From contig CABKLX010000007.1 of NCBI GenBank assembly GCA_902373415.1, positions 87,894-151,893 of the forward strand: DNA of 64,000 bases, read 5' to 3'. The notes beneath the pieces were generated by a model. It was given only the letters and a program-made list of their open reading frames with translations, was not told the origin of the DNA and searched no databases. This document shows, one piece after another, positions 10,534 through 18,602 of this stretch. The translations under genes and the position numbers were made by a program. The DNA is from an uncultured Eubacteriales bacterium. Its GTDB lineage: Bacteria > Bacillota > Clostridia > Oscillospirales > UBA644. The number at the start of each line of letters is the position of its first letter. Positions within the stretch are counted from its first letter, which is position 1.

Positions 10534-10995
10534 TTAATTGTCCGTTTTCACGAGTTTTTCGGCGAGCGCGAGACAGTATTCGCGTATCTGACCGTATACT
10601 TCCTCAAATCTGTCCGAATACCAGGGATCTTCGACGTCGTCTGTTGTTCCCGCGAAAGACGCAAGTTTTACGATCTTATGTTCGGGATCGCTTCCGAAAA
10701 TGCGGAGCGTGTTCGCAACGTTTTGCCCGTCCATGCAGACGAAAAGATCGTATTTTCCGTAATCTTCCTTTTTCAGCCTGACCGCCCGTTTTCCGCGGCA
10801 ATCGATCCCGTGCCTTTCAAGCACTCTGCGCGCGGGAGGGTATACGGGGTTTGAAAGCTCTTCGCCGCTCGTCGCCGCCGAGGAAATGAAAAAATCCTTG
10901 CCTTTTCCGCGTTTTTCGAGTATATCTTTCATCACGAACTCCGCCATAGGCGAACGGCAGATATTTCCGTGACAGATGAACATTATCGCACGCAT
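10534..10995 (-). CDS. low-molecular-weight protein tyrosine phosphatase
   Basis: P-loop CHGNICRSPMAE right at the N-terminus; start chosen at MRAIMF with RBS GGAGaaaaaaATG. Confidence 0.85.
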   Translation of the reverse strand: MRAIMFICHGNICRSPMAEFVMKDILEKRGKGKDFFISSAATSGEELSNPVYPPARRVLERHGIDCRGKRAVRLKKEDYGKYDLFVCMDGQNVANTLRIFGSDPEHKIVKLASFAGTTDDVEDPWYSDRFEEVYGQIREYCLALAEKLVKTDN

Positions 10996-11072
10996 TTTTT
11001 TCTCCGTCATCATGTGTTTTTATAACGGATAACGTTTTATATTATACAAACGGTTTCCGTATCGGCACTTTC

Positions 11073-12296
11073 TCAGATCTGCGTGACGTCGCGCGGAGCG
11101 CGCCGCGTCCACTTTCCGTTTGTGAAATCGGGGACAGACAGAGGCATACCTCCTGCCGCGACGGACGCTTCCGACAGCGCCGTTATGCTCATCCACGCCG
11201 CCGCGTCGTATACGTCGATCGGAAATTCCTCGCCGTTCCGCAGACAGTCCGCGAACACCCGGAATTCTATCGCGTCCATGCCTCCGTGACCCGCTTCGAT
11301 CTGCTCCTTCGTTATATTTTTCCACACCGGCGGAAGATACCGCTCTTCATAGGCTGCCGCGTTGTTGTTATATTTACGGTAGTGCTCGGCGGGTTCCCAG
11401 TCTTCTTTGTCCCCCGCGAGAAAAACATAGTTGTTTGACTGCTCGTACATTCCCTTCGTCCCGCGAACGGTCAGTTCCCGCGAATAACTCCGCGGAAGAG
11501 TGGTGTCCAGCCGAAGCGAGATCGTGGAGCCGTCCGCGCAGGTTATGACGGTATTCACGATGTCTCCCTGTCGGAAATTTTTCCCGACCAGTTCGGGATA
11601 TTCCTCCGCGTGCCGTCGGATGTATTCCTCCATCCCCGCCGCGCGTGAAGCGACCGATACAAGGGATACCATGCGGTTTCCTCGGTTGATATTGAGTATC
11701 TTCGCGATCGGTCCCAGTTCGTGCGTCGGATAGTTTTCGCAGTTGCGGGTCAGATAGTTGCGCAGTCTGTAATGACGGTTGCGGTCGCCGCCCGCGATCT
11801 CTTCGCACAGATAGTGTCCGTACGCGCCGTGGCAATGGACGATCTGTCCGAGCAAGCCTTTGCGGACCATCGACGTCGCGAGCAGTTCATCCTTTCCGAA
11901 ACAGCAGTTCTCCATGAACATAAGCGGCGTTCCCGTCGTTTCCTGCGTGCGCACCATATCCCACAGTTCCTCTGTCGAGTATGCGCCGCCGACTTCAAGC
12001 GCAACGGGGATCCCCGCTTTCAGCGCGTCGATTGCGATCGACACGTGCGTCTCCCATGAAGTCGCGATATAGACGCCGTCAAGATCTTTATTTTTCAACA
12101 GTTCTCGGTAGTCCGTGCTTCCCGCGGGACGCTTTCCCGCAGCATTTTCCACGTCGTTCTGCGCTTTTTCCGTGCGGTCGCCGTATTCGTCGCAAACCGC
12201 CGCGATCTCGACGTCCGGCATTTTCAGCAAAATCCCTTTTGTGATGCCTTCGCCGCGCTGTCCGTATCCGATGACCCCGAATTTGAGTTTTTCCAT
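11073..12296 (-). CDS. Gfo/Idh/MocA-family NAD(P)-dependent oxidoreductase
   Basis: start at MEKLKFGVIGYGQRGEG (Rossmann GxGxxG) with RBS GGAGGAGcgaaaaATG; the ORF track's upstream extension is ignored. Confidence 0.8.
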   Translation of the reverse strand: MEKLKFGVIGYGQRGEGITKGILLKMPDVEIAAVCDEYGDRTEKAQNDVENAAGKRPAGSTDYRELLKNKDLDGVYIATSWETHVSIAIDALKAGIPVALEVGGAYSTEELWDMVRTQETTGTPLMFMENCCFGKDELLATSMVRKGLLGQIVHCHGAYGHYLCEEIAGGDRNRHYRLRNYLTRNCENYPTHELGPIAKILNINRGNRMVSLVSVASRAAGMEEYIRRHAEEYPELVGKNFRQGDIVNTVITCADGSTISLRLDTTLPRSYSRELTVRGTKGMYEQSNNYVFLAGDKEDWEPAEHYRKYNNNAAAYEERYLPPVWKNITKEQIEAGHGGMDAIEFRVFADCLRNGEEFPIDVYDAAAWMSITALSEASVAAGGMPLSVPDFTNGKWTRRAPRDVTQI

Positions 12297-12442
12297 TTTT
12301 CGCTCCTCCGATCTTTTGAGGGACTGTGTTTTTCCCGTGATCCGACTTTGCATATTGTAGCATATTTTCGCATGAAAATCAATACGCGGTTCCAAAAAAA
12401 AGAGGCTTCGCAAACGCGAAGCCTCTCTGCCGTATTTGAAAT

Positions 12443-14167
12443 TTAATTGTCCGCAGGCTCTCTGTCGAACGATATAAGGTCTCCGACGACAGAGAACTCG
12501 TACTCGTATTCGTAACCGCCGTAAACGAATTCTATCTCAAATCCGTCATCTTCGATCTCTTCTTTTATGAAGGAGACCGTCTTGCCTGTCAGTCCCGCGT
12601 GTGAAAGCGCGAGAGTTTTGACATCGGAAAGAGAGACATTCGCGCTTCCGCCGCCGTTTGCTCGGAACGGTTCTTTTTCAAATTCATCTATCGAACCTGT
12701 CGCCGCGATTATCTCATACTTATATGTTGCGTCGGCGGTCACAAACTCGATATCGTATTCGCCGTCGTCGAGCCGCGCTTTGGTAAACTTCACGTTTTCC
12801 GCGCTCAGCTTTGCATGGGCAAGTGCTGTCCGTTTCGCATCTTCAAGCGTTTTCACAGCTACGCCCGAAGTTTTTCCGTCTCCGCCGTTCGCAGAGAACT
12901 CGCTTTCGAACGAAACGATGCTTCCCGATACCGAATCTATTCCGACTTCGTACTCCGTTCCCGCGGACACAAACTCAACTTCGTACACCCCGTCATCAAG
13001 TTCGACCGTGACCGACGTCGCCGCAGAAAACCCGACTCCCGCGTATGTCAGCGCGATCTCTTTTGCCTTGTCTGCGGTGATGACGGAAGAAACGCTCGGC
13101 ATGACTGCCGTTTTTTGTCCCGTCGCCTTGTTTTCCGTCTCAAACGATATTATCCTGCCTGTCTGAGACTCTATATCGTATTCGTATTCGATATTGCCCG
13201 CAACGAATTCGATTTCGTATTTCCCGCCGTCGAGTTTTGTCTTTGTGAACAGCGCGTCTTCCGATCTGATATTCGCGTGAGTGAGCGCGATGTCCTTCGC
13301 TTTTTCAAGCGGTATCGCGTTCTCCGGTTTGTTATATCCGTTTCCTCCGTTCCCGTCAAGATCTTCGATTCCGTCTTCGATGTTTTCCCAAAGGGTGTCG
13401 TCTTCGTCTATGTCAACGATGTCGCTGATGTCGATGTTGTTCGCCGAAATTAACTGTGCGAGTTGTCTCAGATTCATTTTTGCAAGTTCTTCCGCTTTGA
13501 AAGACGGATCCTTCTCCGCAAGTTTAAGAACGAATATCGCTTTGCCGACAGAGATTCCGTTATTTGCCGCAAATTCCCGCGCGGCGGAAACGTCCGTCAC
13601 TGTCTGGTCTATGATCGATGCCGTGACGGAATTTTCGCTGAGAGCCTCGTTGATATTGCAGACCACGGCATTTTTCAGTTCGAGAGCCTTTTCTCCGTCG
13701 CTGTTGCTGACGGTGACGAGTATCCCGTTCTTTCCTTCGGTCAGATATCCGTTCCTGACCATCGATCCGACGATCGCGTTTACGGCGACCTTAATATCCG
13801 TCCCTTTCAGTTCCATTCCGTCGAGCACTTTTTCGGCATCCGCGTTGACGGCGTTCACCTCTCGGACAGTGTTTTTTCTGTTCGTTTTTATTTCGATCCC
13901 GGGATTGACGTCAATGTCGATAACCGAGTCGATCGCAAGATTGTTTGCGTAAAAAACACCTCCGAAAGCGCCGAGAAAAATGAGTATGCACGCCGCGAGC
14001 GCCGCAGCGATCAATTTGGGTTTTCTCCCTGTTTTCCTGATTTCATTCATGGTAACGATCCTTTCTTTTTCGGGATCGAGCCTTTTTTCGATCTTATCGA
14101 ACATATCCGAGGGAATGACCGCTCCGATCGCGTCCGAAAGGGTTTTTTCCGTTTTGCGTTTATTCAT
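12443..14167 (-). CDS. membrane anti-sigma factor with four C-terminal PepSY repeats
   Basis: 574 aa; N-terminal cytoplasmic anti-sigma-like segment; single TM (LIAAALAACILIFLGAFGGVF); four ~60-aa repeats of the pattern AK(D/E)IAL(T/S)HA…DDG(K/V/E)YE(I/V)EFV…Y(E/K)Y…G(R/S)I..FE; 8-nt overlap with the upstream sigma gene. Confidence 0.75.
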   Translation of the reverse strand: MNKRKTEKTLSDAIGAVIPSDMFDKIEKRLDPEKERIVTMNEIRKTGRKPKLIAAALAACILIFLGAFGGVFYANNLAIDSVIDIDVNPGIEIKTNRKNTVREVNAVNADAEKVLDGMELKGTDIKVAVNAIVGSMVRNGYLTEGKNGILVTVSNSDGEKALELKNAVVCNINEALSENSVTASIIDQTVTDVSAAREFAANNGISVGKAIFVLKLAEKDPSFKAEELAKMNLRQLAQLISANNIDISDIVDIDEDDTLWENIEDGIEDLDGNGGNGYNKPENAIPLEKAKDIALTHANIRSEDALFTKTKLDGGKYEIEFVAGNIEYEYDIESQTGRIISFETENKATGQKTAVMPSVSSVITADKAKEIALTYAGVGFSAATSVTVELDDGVYEVEFVSAGTEYEVGIDSVSGSIVSFESEFSANGGDGKTSGVAVKTLEDAKRTALAHAKLSAENVKFTKARLDDGEYDIEFVTADATYKYEIIAATGSIDEFEKEPFRANGGGSANVSLSDVKTLALSHAGLTGKTVSFIKEEIEDDGFEIEFVYGGYEYEYEFSVVGDLISFDREPADN

Positions 14168-14738
14168 CGCCGTCCTCCTTTTCGATGTAAAGGCGCATCT
14201 TTCCGATGGCCCGATGATATTTTGACAAGACCGTGTTCAGCGGCATTCCGAGAATCTTTCCTATCTCTCGCGCCTTCATTCCGGCAACGGCTTTCAGCAT
14301 AACGATCTGTCTTTCGTCGTCGTTCAGAACTTCCGTTGCGGCTTGCAGAAGAAGTCTCTGCTCCGTGTTCTCGGTTCTCGAAAACGCTTCGGCGTTCGCT
14401 TTTTCCGCTTCTTCTATGTAACTTTTTCCGCGTTCTTTCCGAAGAACCGTCAGCGCGTGTCTTTTTGCAACGGTGATGATCCATGCCATCGGTTTGCCCT
14501 GAGGCTCATAGTCTCCCGCTTTGTCATAAATGCTCAAAAACGTTTCCTGACAAACATCTTCCGCGTCATGCGCGTTTTTAAGCAAAGAAAGAGCGTAGGC
14601 GTAAACGCCTTTCGACGTTTTTTCGTAAAGTCTGCGCAAAGCGTCCGGACCGTTCCGCGCAACTGCAAGAATATCTTCGTCGCGAACCGCCGCACGGGCG
14701 CGCTCCGAATCTTCCCCGAATGCAAATGTGAAAAGCAT
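14160..14738 (-). CDS. ECF (sigma-70 family group 4) RNA polymerase sigma factor
   Basis: 192 aa; region 2 (…DVCQETFLSIYDK…WIITVAKRHAL…) and region 4 HTH (…MKAREIGKILGMPLNTVLSKYHRA…). Confidence 0.85.
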   Translation of the reverse strand: MLFTFAFGEDSERARAAVRDEDILAVARNGPDALRRLYEKTSKGVYAYALSLLKNAHDAEDVCQETFLSIYDKAGDYEPQGKPMAWIITVAKRHALTVLRKERGKSYIEEAEKANAEAFSRTENTEQRLLLQAATEVLNDDERQIVMLKAVAGMKAREIGKILGMPLNTVLSKYHRAIGKMRLYIEKEDGDE

Positions 14739-15048
14739 TTCTCCGCTCCTTTCATAATGTCAACGCGCATAGACCGGTTTTTATTGCACGACACGCGTAT
14801 GTTTTACAATTTTGTCATAATTTTCCTTGTCGAAGGAGAAAAATTACACCCTGCGATCCTTCTCGCCCTTTTGCGACGAACTCCCGATGATACCGCCTCG
14901 AAAAGTATATTATGATAGATCGTTTCCCCTTTTTCGCAAATATATTCTATCATATCGGAAGAAACAATTCAAGTGTCTCGGATCCGTAAAAAATGCGGAA
15001 CACGAAAGTGCTCCGCAAAAAAATTCGCCTTGAAAAATATTTGTTCGC

Positions 15049-16158
15049 TCAACTCTCCGTCGGAGAGAAGAACCTGTCCGTTTTCTTCGCGACATAGTAG
15101 AAAAGCGCCATCGCGTCTTCTATATCGATGCCGTAATCCGAATTTGAGTGACTGCGTCCGAGTTGCTCGTCCGTGAGATCCGTTTTCTTCGCGACATAGT
15201 AGAAAAGCATCATCGCGTCGGTGATGTCTGTCGAGCCGTCTCCGTCGGTATCGCCGGCAGGGTAGCGGTGCGGATCGGGTATAAGCTTTGTGACTATCGC
15301 GTCATCGTTGAATGCGAGCGTGAACGACGAAGAACTTCCGTCTTTGTTCAGGTATGTTTCGCGGCAGTTCCAGATGTCCGCGTCGGCGTCATGCTTGACA
15401 GAGATCTTCAAATTCATGTAATCCGTGTTCTTCGGGCAGGGGTACACTCTGATATATCCGGGACCGTTTTGCGCTTCGTCGTAATACGACGACTGTTTAA
15501 TATCGTCAAGCGTCACATCGAAAAATACTTTTATGTTGCTGAAAGCGCTGTATACGCCCCAATTATAGTAGATCCGACCCTGCTCATCCACTCTTTCCGA
15601 GCCTTCGGGCGCATTGTCCGCGTTGAACAACTGCGAAACGAACCCGACAATATAATCGATGTTGTCCTTTGTCACGGTTCCGTCATATCCCGACAGAGGC
15701 ATCGGAGCGCTTACGGGATCGTAGTCGATGATCATCGCCATGTAAATAAACGCCACATTGCAGGCTTCCATAAACGGCGTCATCGGGATCGCGTTGCTGC
15801 TCGTAAGCCTTCCGACCGTGAAACGGTATTTTGTCTCCGCCGATCCGCTTTCCTTAACTTCCGTCACTTGGGCTTCAAAATCATAGAGCGAACGGTCGTT
15901 TGTTATGAAAAGAGCGACTTTTTCTCCGTTCCGTTCATTCATGTAGACGGACTCGACCGGAACTCTGACTTCACCGCCCCATATCTTGTGAAAGACGAGC
16001 GTCATGTCATCCGTCCCGACGATCGTCATGCTGTCGTAATTCTGCAAAGGGTTTTCTTCTCTCTTTGCTGAGGTAAAAAGCGAGCAGGAGAGCAGAATTA
16101 CCGCGGTCAGAAGCAGACAAACAGTCCGTTTTGCGATTTTTCCGAAATTCTTTTTCAT
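15049..16158 (-). CDS. secreted protein of unknown function with C-terminal type-I dockerin
   Basis: 369 aa; signal peptide MKKNFGKIAKRTVCLLLTAVILLSCSLF; C-terminal duplicated dockerin segments (AGDTDGDGSTDITDAMMLFYYVAKK / SNSDYGIDIEDAMALFYYVAKK), visible also as a ~70-nt direct repeat at about 15061-15135 and 15163-15250. Confidence 0.75.
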   Translation of the reverse strand: MKKNFGKIAKRTVCLLLTAVILLSCSLFTSAKREENPLQNYDSMTIVGTDDMTLVFHKIWGGEVRVPVESVYMNERNGEKVALFITNDRSLYDFEAQVTEVKESGSAETKYRFTVGRLTSSNAIPMTPFMEACNVAFIYMAMIIDYDPVSAPMPLSGYDGTVTKDNIDYIVGFVSQLFNADNAPEGSERVDEQGRIYYNWGVYSAFSNIKVFFDVTLDDIKQSSYYDEAQNGPGYIRVYPCPKNTDYMNLKISVKHDADADIWNCRETYLNKDGSSSSFTLAFNDDAIVTKLIPDPHRYPAGDTDGDGSTDITDAMMLFYYVAKKTDLTDEQLGRSHSNSDYGIDIEDAMALFYYVAKKTDRFFSPTES

Positions 16159-16343
16159 ATAAACTTCCTCTTTCTCTTTTTACATTATCATTGTAGCATA
16201 TATACATAATGAATTCAATGGATAATGTTCGGGAAAAATCGTTCAAAAAAGCATAATATTATCGGCAGAAAACATCAAACGCGACGTTTTTCCCGTCAAC
16301 GGACGAGTTTTCAAAATCGTCAATATTTTTTTTGTATCGGGGC

Positions 16344-16372
16344 TTGACAAACGCAGAGGAATGTGGTAACAT
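16344..16372 (+). promoter_or_regulatory. sigma-A promoter of the tRNA operon (TTGACA-17-TGgTAACAT)
   Basis: ggcTTGACAaacgcagaggaatgTGgTAACATatt, about 30 nt upstream of tRNA-Val. Confidence 0.65.
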
Positions 16373-16403
16373 ATTAAAGCCGTGGAAATATCCGCGACAA
16401 TGT

Positions 16404-16479
16404 GGGAGTTTAGCTCAGCTGGGAGAGCATCTGTCTTACAAACAGAGGGTCACAGGTTCGAGCCCTGTAACTCCCACCA
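16404..16479 (+). tRNA. tRNA-Val (anticodon TAC)
   Basis: GGGAGTT…AACTCCC acceptor stem; anticodon arm TCTGT-CTTACAA-ACAGA; T-loop GGTTCGAGCCC; ends ACCA (CCA encoded). Confidence 0.9.
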
Positions 16480-16522
16480 CTTTCTTAAACACCGCGCCGA
16501 ACGGTTCGGTCGCATTATATAC

Positions 16523-16599
16523 GGCTTCGTAGTTCAGTTGGTTAGAACGCCGCCCTGTCACGGCGGAGGTCGTGGGTTCGAGTCCCATCGGAGTCGCCA
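16523..16599 (+). tRNA. tRNA-Asp (anticodon GTC)
   Basis: anticodon arm CCGCC-CTGTCAC-GGCGG; T-arm GTGGGTTCGAGTCCCAT; acceptor stem has two G-U pairs; CCA encoded. Confidence 0.85.
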
Positions 16600-16606
16600 T
16601 TTTTTT

Positions 16607-16682
16607 GCGGTATTAGCTCATCTGGTAGAGCGCAACCTTGCCAAGGTTGAGGTAGCGGGTTCGAGCCCCGTATACCGCTCCA
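16607..16682 (+). tRNA. tRNA-Gly (anticodon GCC)
   Basis: GCGGTAT…ATACCGC acceptor stem; anticodon arm CAACC-TTGCCAA-GGTTG; T-loop GGTTCGAGCCC; CCA encoded. Confidence 0.9.
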
Positions 16683-16847
16683 TCGAAATCGTCCTGCAAC
16701 AGCGGGGCGGTTTTTGCTTTACGGCTCTTTTTTCCGCGTTCGGGCTTTTTGATACGGCGCGGAGGCAGACAACAGGTTTTCGTATTTAATAAAAAATATG
16801 ACGGCGCAGAGGTATTTTTCTCTTGTGATGAAAACCGTGCGACAGTG

Positions 16848-16882
16848 ATATGCACCCCAAAAGTCAGACACTTTTGGGGTGC
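16848..16882. other. perfect 14-bp palindromic hairpin (terminator-like) between the tRNA operon and a convergent lipoprotein gene
   Basis: tgcaccccaaaagt cagac acttttggggtgca; no clean T-run on either side, so its function as a terminator is unproven. Confidence 0.4.
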
Positions 16883-16933
16883 ATATCATGTGCGGGTATT
16901 TTATCTGCTTAATATATTTTCCGTTGATTCCGT

Positions 16934-17851
16934 CTATGACGGATAGCGTGCCAGTTTATAATTCTTTATTTCCATCGTGCAGTCGAAACTCCCGTGGATC
17001 TCCCAGCCGATGTTCGTTCCCGTGAAACAGAGATCGTCCGCGGTGATCTGTCTGCCGAAAATGCCGGACTCATTTATCCTGTTTACGAGTTTTTTGATGT
17101 GAGGCGTCAGATCGACCTCAAAGTGTGTCCATTCTTTTGTCGTTTTCAGACGGAGCGCGTTGGTTCTGCCTCCCATTGAATCGACCGTCGAAAGCGCGTA
17201 GATCATGCATCCGCTCGCGATGTCGTGCTGCCAGTTTGTCGGTTGAAGTCCGCGGCTGTCGAATATCCGCATTCCGAACCATACAAACCCCGGTCCGTCG
17301 GTCGCGCGTACATACAGGAATATCAGAAATTCGGCCGCGCTGACGCCTTCACCGACGCAGTCGGGTTTGAAATCCGCGAGACGGAGATCTCCGGAAACAA
17401 CGTACTTACCCGCGCTGAGAGGGGAATCGTCAAAAAAATCGGAGGAGGAGGACGTGTTTTCAAGCAACAGATGCGGCCACGCGTCTTCTCCGGCGGGCGC
17501 GCCGTCGTAGTATCCCGCGGCGTTCAGCCGAAGAGAAACGCTGTCCTGCACGGGATCGTATGTCACGGTCTTTACTTTTCCGTCCGTCAGAACGTTCGGG
17601 TCTCCCGTGTCAACGCGGTCGTCCCACAGGCACGGTCCCGAATTCCATTGGGCGAGGATCCATTCGGGAGACGCGCTGTTTTCGGGAAATGTTCCGAGAT
17701 CTTCATAACTTCCGTCGGAACGGAGTTGACTGCGAACGGCAAAACCGTTCGTAAACCCCGAATTTCCGAATAAATATTTCCGAACACTGCAACTGCTCAA
17801 CAAAACGATCACCAAGATTCCCGATATTATTGCGGATAATACTTTTTTCAT
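16934..17851 (-). CDS. hypothetical lipoprotein
   Basis: start placed at MKKVLSAIISGILVIVLLSSCS (lipobox) with RBS AAGGAGatattttATG; the ORF track's 63-codon upstream extension is ignored. Confidence 0.7.
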   Translation of the reverse strand: MKKVLSAIISGILVIVLLSSCSVRKYLFGNSGFTNGFAVRSQLRSDGSYEDLGTFPENSASPEWILAQWNSGPCLWDDRVDTGDPNVLTDGKVKTVTYDPVQDSVSLRLNAAGYYDGAPAGEDAWPHLLLENTSSSSDFFDDSPLSAGKYVVSGDLRLADFKPDCVGEGVSAAEFLIFLYVRATDGPGFVWFGMRIFDSRGLQPTNWQHDIASGCMIYALSTVDSMGGRTNALRLKTTKEWTHFEVDLTPHIKKLVNRINESGIFGRQITADDLCFTGTNIGWEIHGSFDCTMEIKNYKLARYPS

Positions 17852-18032
17852 AAAATATCTCCTTTTAAGGTTCTGTCCGCCGCCGTTTTCCTCCTCGGAC
17901 AGATAAAGCGCCGCATATATGTTAACCTTATCATAACCCCGACGGTTTGTCAAGCCTTTCGGAGCGAAAAATCGTTTTGTCTCTGATTTTCTGTCGGTCT
18001 TCGGCTGTCTGACACGGTATATCGGCAAAGAA

Positions 18033-18060
18033 AGCGGCATCCGTATTCGCGGATGCCGCT
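18033..18060 (+). other. hairpin 8 nt upstream of the intron 5' fragment (terminator-like homing-site structure)
   Basis: agcggcatccg tattcg cggatgccgct: 11-bp perfect stem, no T-run. Confidence 0.5.
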
Positions 18061-18068
18061 CGGCTTAT

Positions 18069-18127
18069 GTGCGCCCGGTGAGCGCACGTCCTATGGGGTG
18101 AAAGTCCCGAAGTTGCCCGGTAACGGA
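18069..18127 (+). mobile_element. truncated 5' end (about 59 nt of domain I) of a class-IIC-like group II intron
   Basis: GTGCGCCCGGTGAGCGCACGTCCTATGGGGTGAAAGTCCCGAAGTTGCCCGGTAACGG; canonical GUGCG 5' boundary; 54 of 58 positions match the start of the full intron at 21753; similarity stops abruptly at 18127. Confidence 0.65.
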
Positions 18128-18415
18128 GTGTCAACCAAGTACCTCAATCGGTATCTCGCAATGTTCGTCGCTCTCGAACAGGCGGGACGCTCCCTGTTCC
18201 ATCCTGACGTGGATGCAGTTAGAATCATGCTTTCCCGGGTGAATACCGCTCTGCCAATCCGCTCTCTTCGCAAAGATGGCCTTTTGGCAATTTGACGATT
18301 AGGTCCAATGTTTTAAACTAACACGAAAATAATTGTCCGATTTCAACAAAAAAACGGAAGAACCGTCAAAAATGGGTTGTTTTGGAGCCAAATGTGTGGT
18401 AGAATCATTTTGTCA

Positions 18416-18496
18416 AGTTTTAAAACGTTTTAAAACAGAGGAGGCGGGGGCTGCCTGATCCCAATCCGTGTTCCCACATCTTAAAACGTTTAAATA
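18416..18496 (+). promoter_or_regulatory. candidate LacI-family operator palindromes in the rhamnosidase promoter region
   Basis: gTTTTAAAACGTTTTAAAAC (perfect palindrome with a central CG) and a second cTTAAAACGTTTAAat about 45 nt downstream; preceded by ttgttt-17-TGgTAGAAT promoter-like elements. Confidence 0.4.
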
Positions 18497-18602
18497 AAGG
18501 CGCATACCGGCGGCTGCCGGGACACGCGGGCGGGGACGGTTTCCACCGCGTATTGCAAAAATCCCGGTCAATCAGAAAAATCTGTCAGATGGAGGCGGCG
18601 AC

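Noticed and set aside
16332-16789. ORFs 16332..16532 and 16382..16789 on the plus strand
   Set aside because: They run straight through the tRNA-Val, tRNA-Asp and tRNA-Gly genes and use TTG/GTG starts; they are artefacts of ORF calling over structured RNA genes.
18053-18295. 80-aa ORF beginning in the hairpin and reading through the intron 5' fragment
   Set aside because: No RBS; its sequence is dictated by the conserved intron RNA (GTGCGCCCGG…); it is better explained as non-coding.
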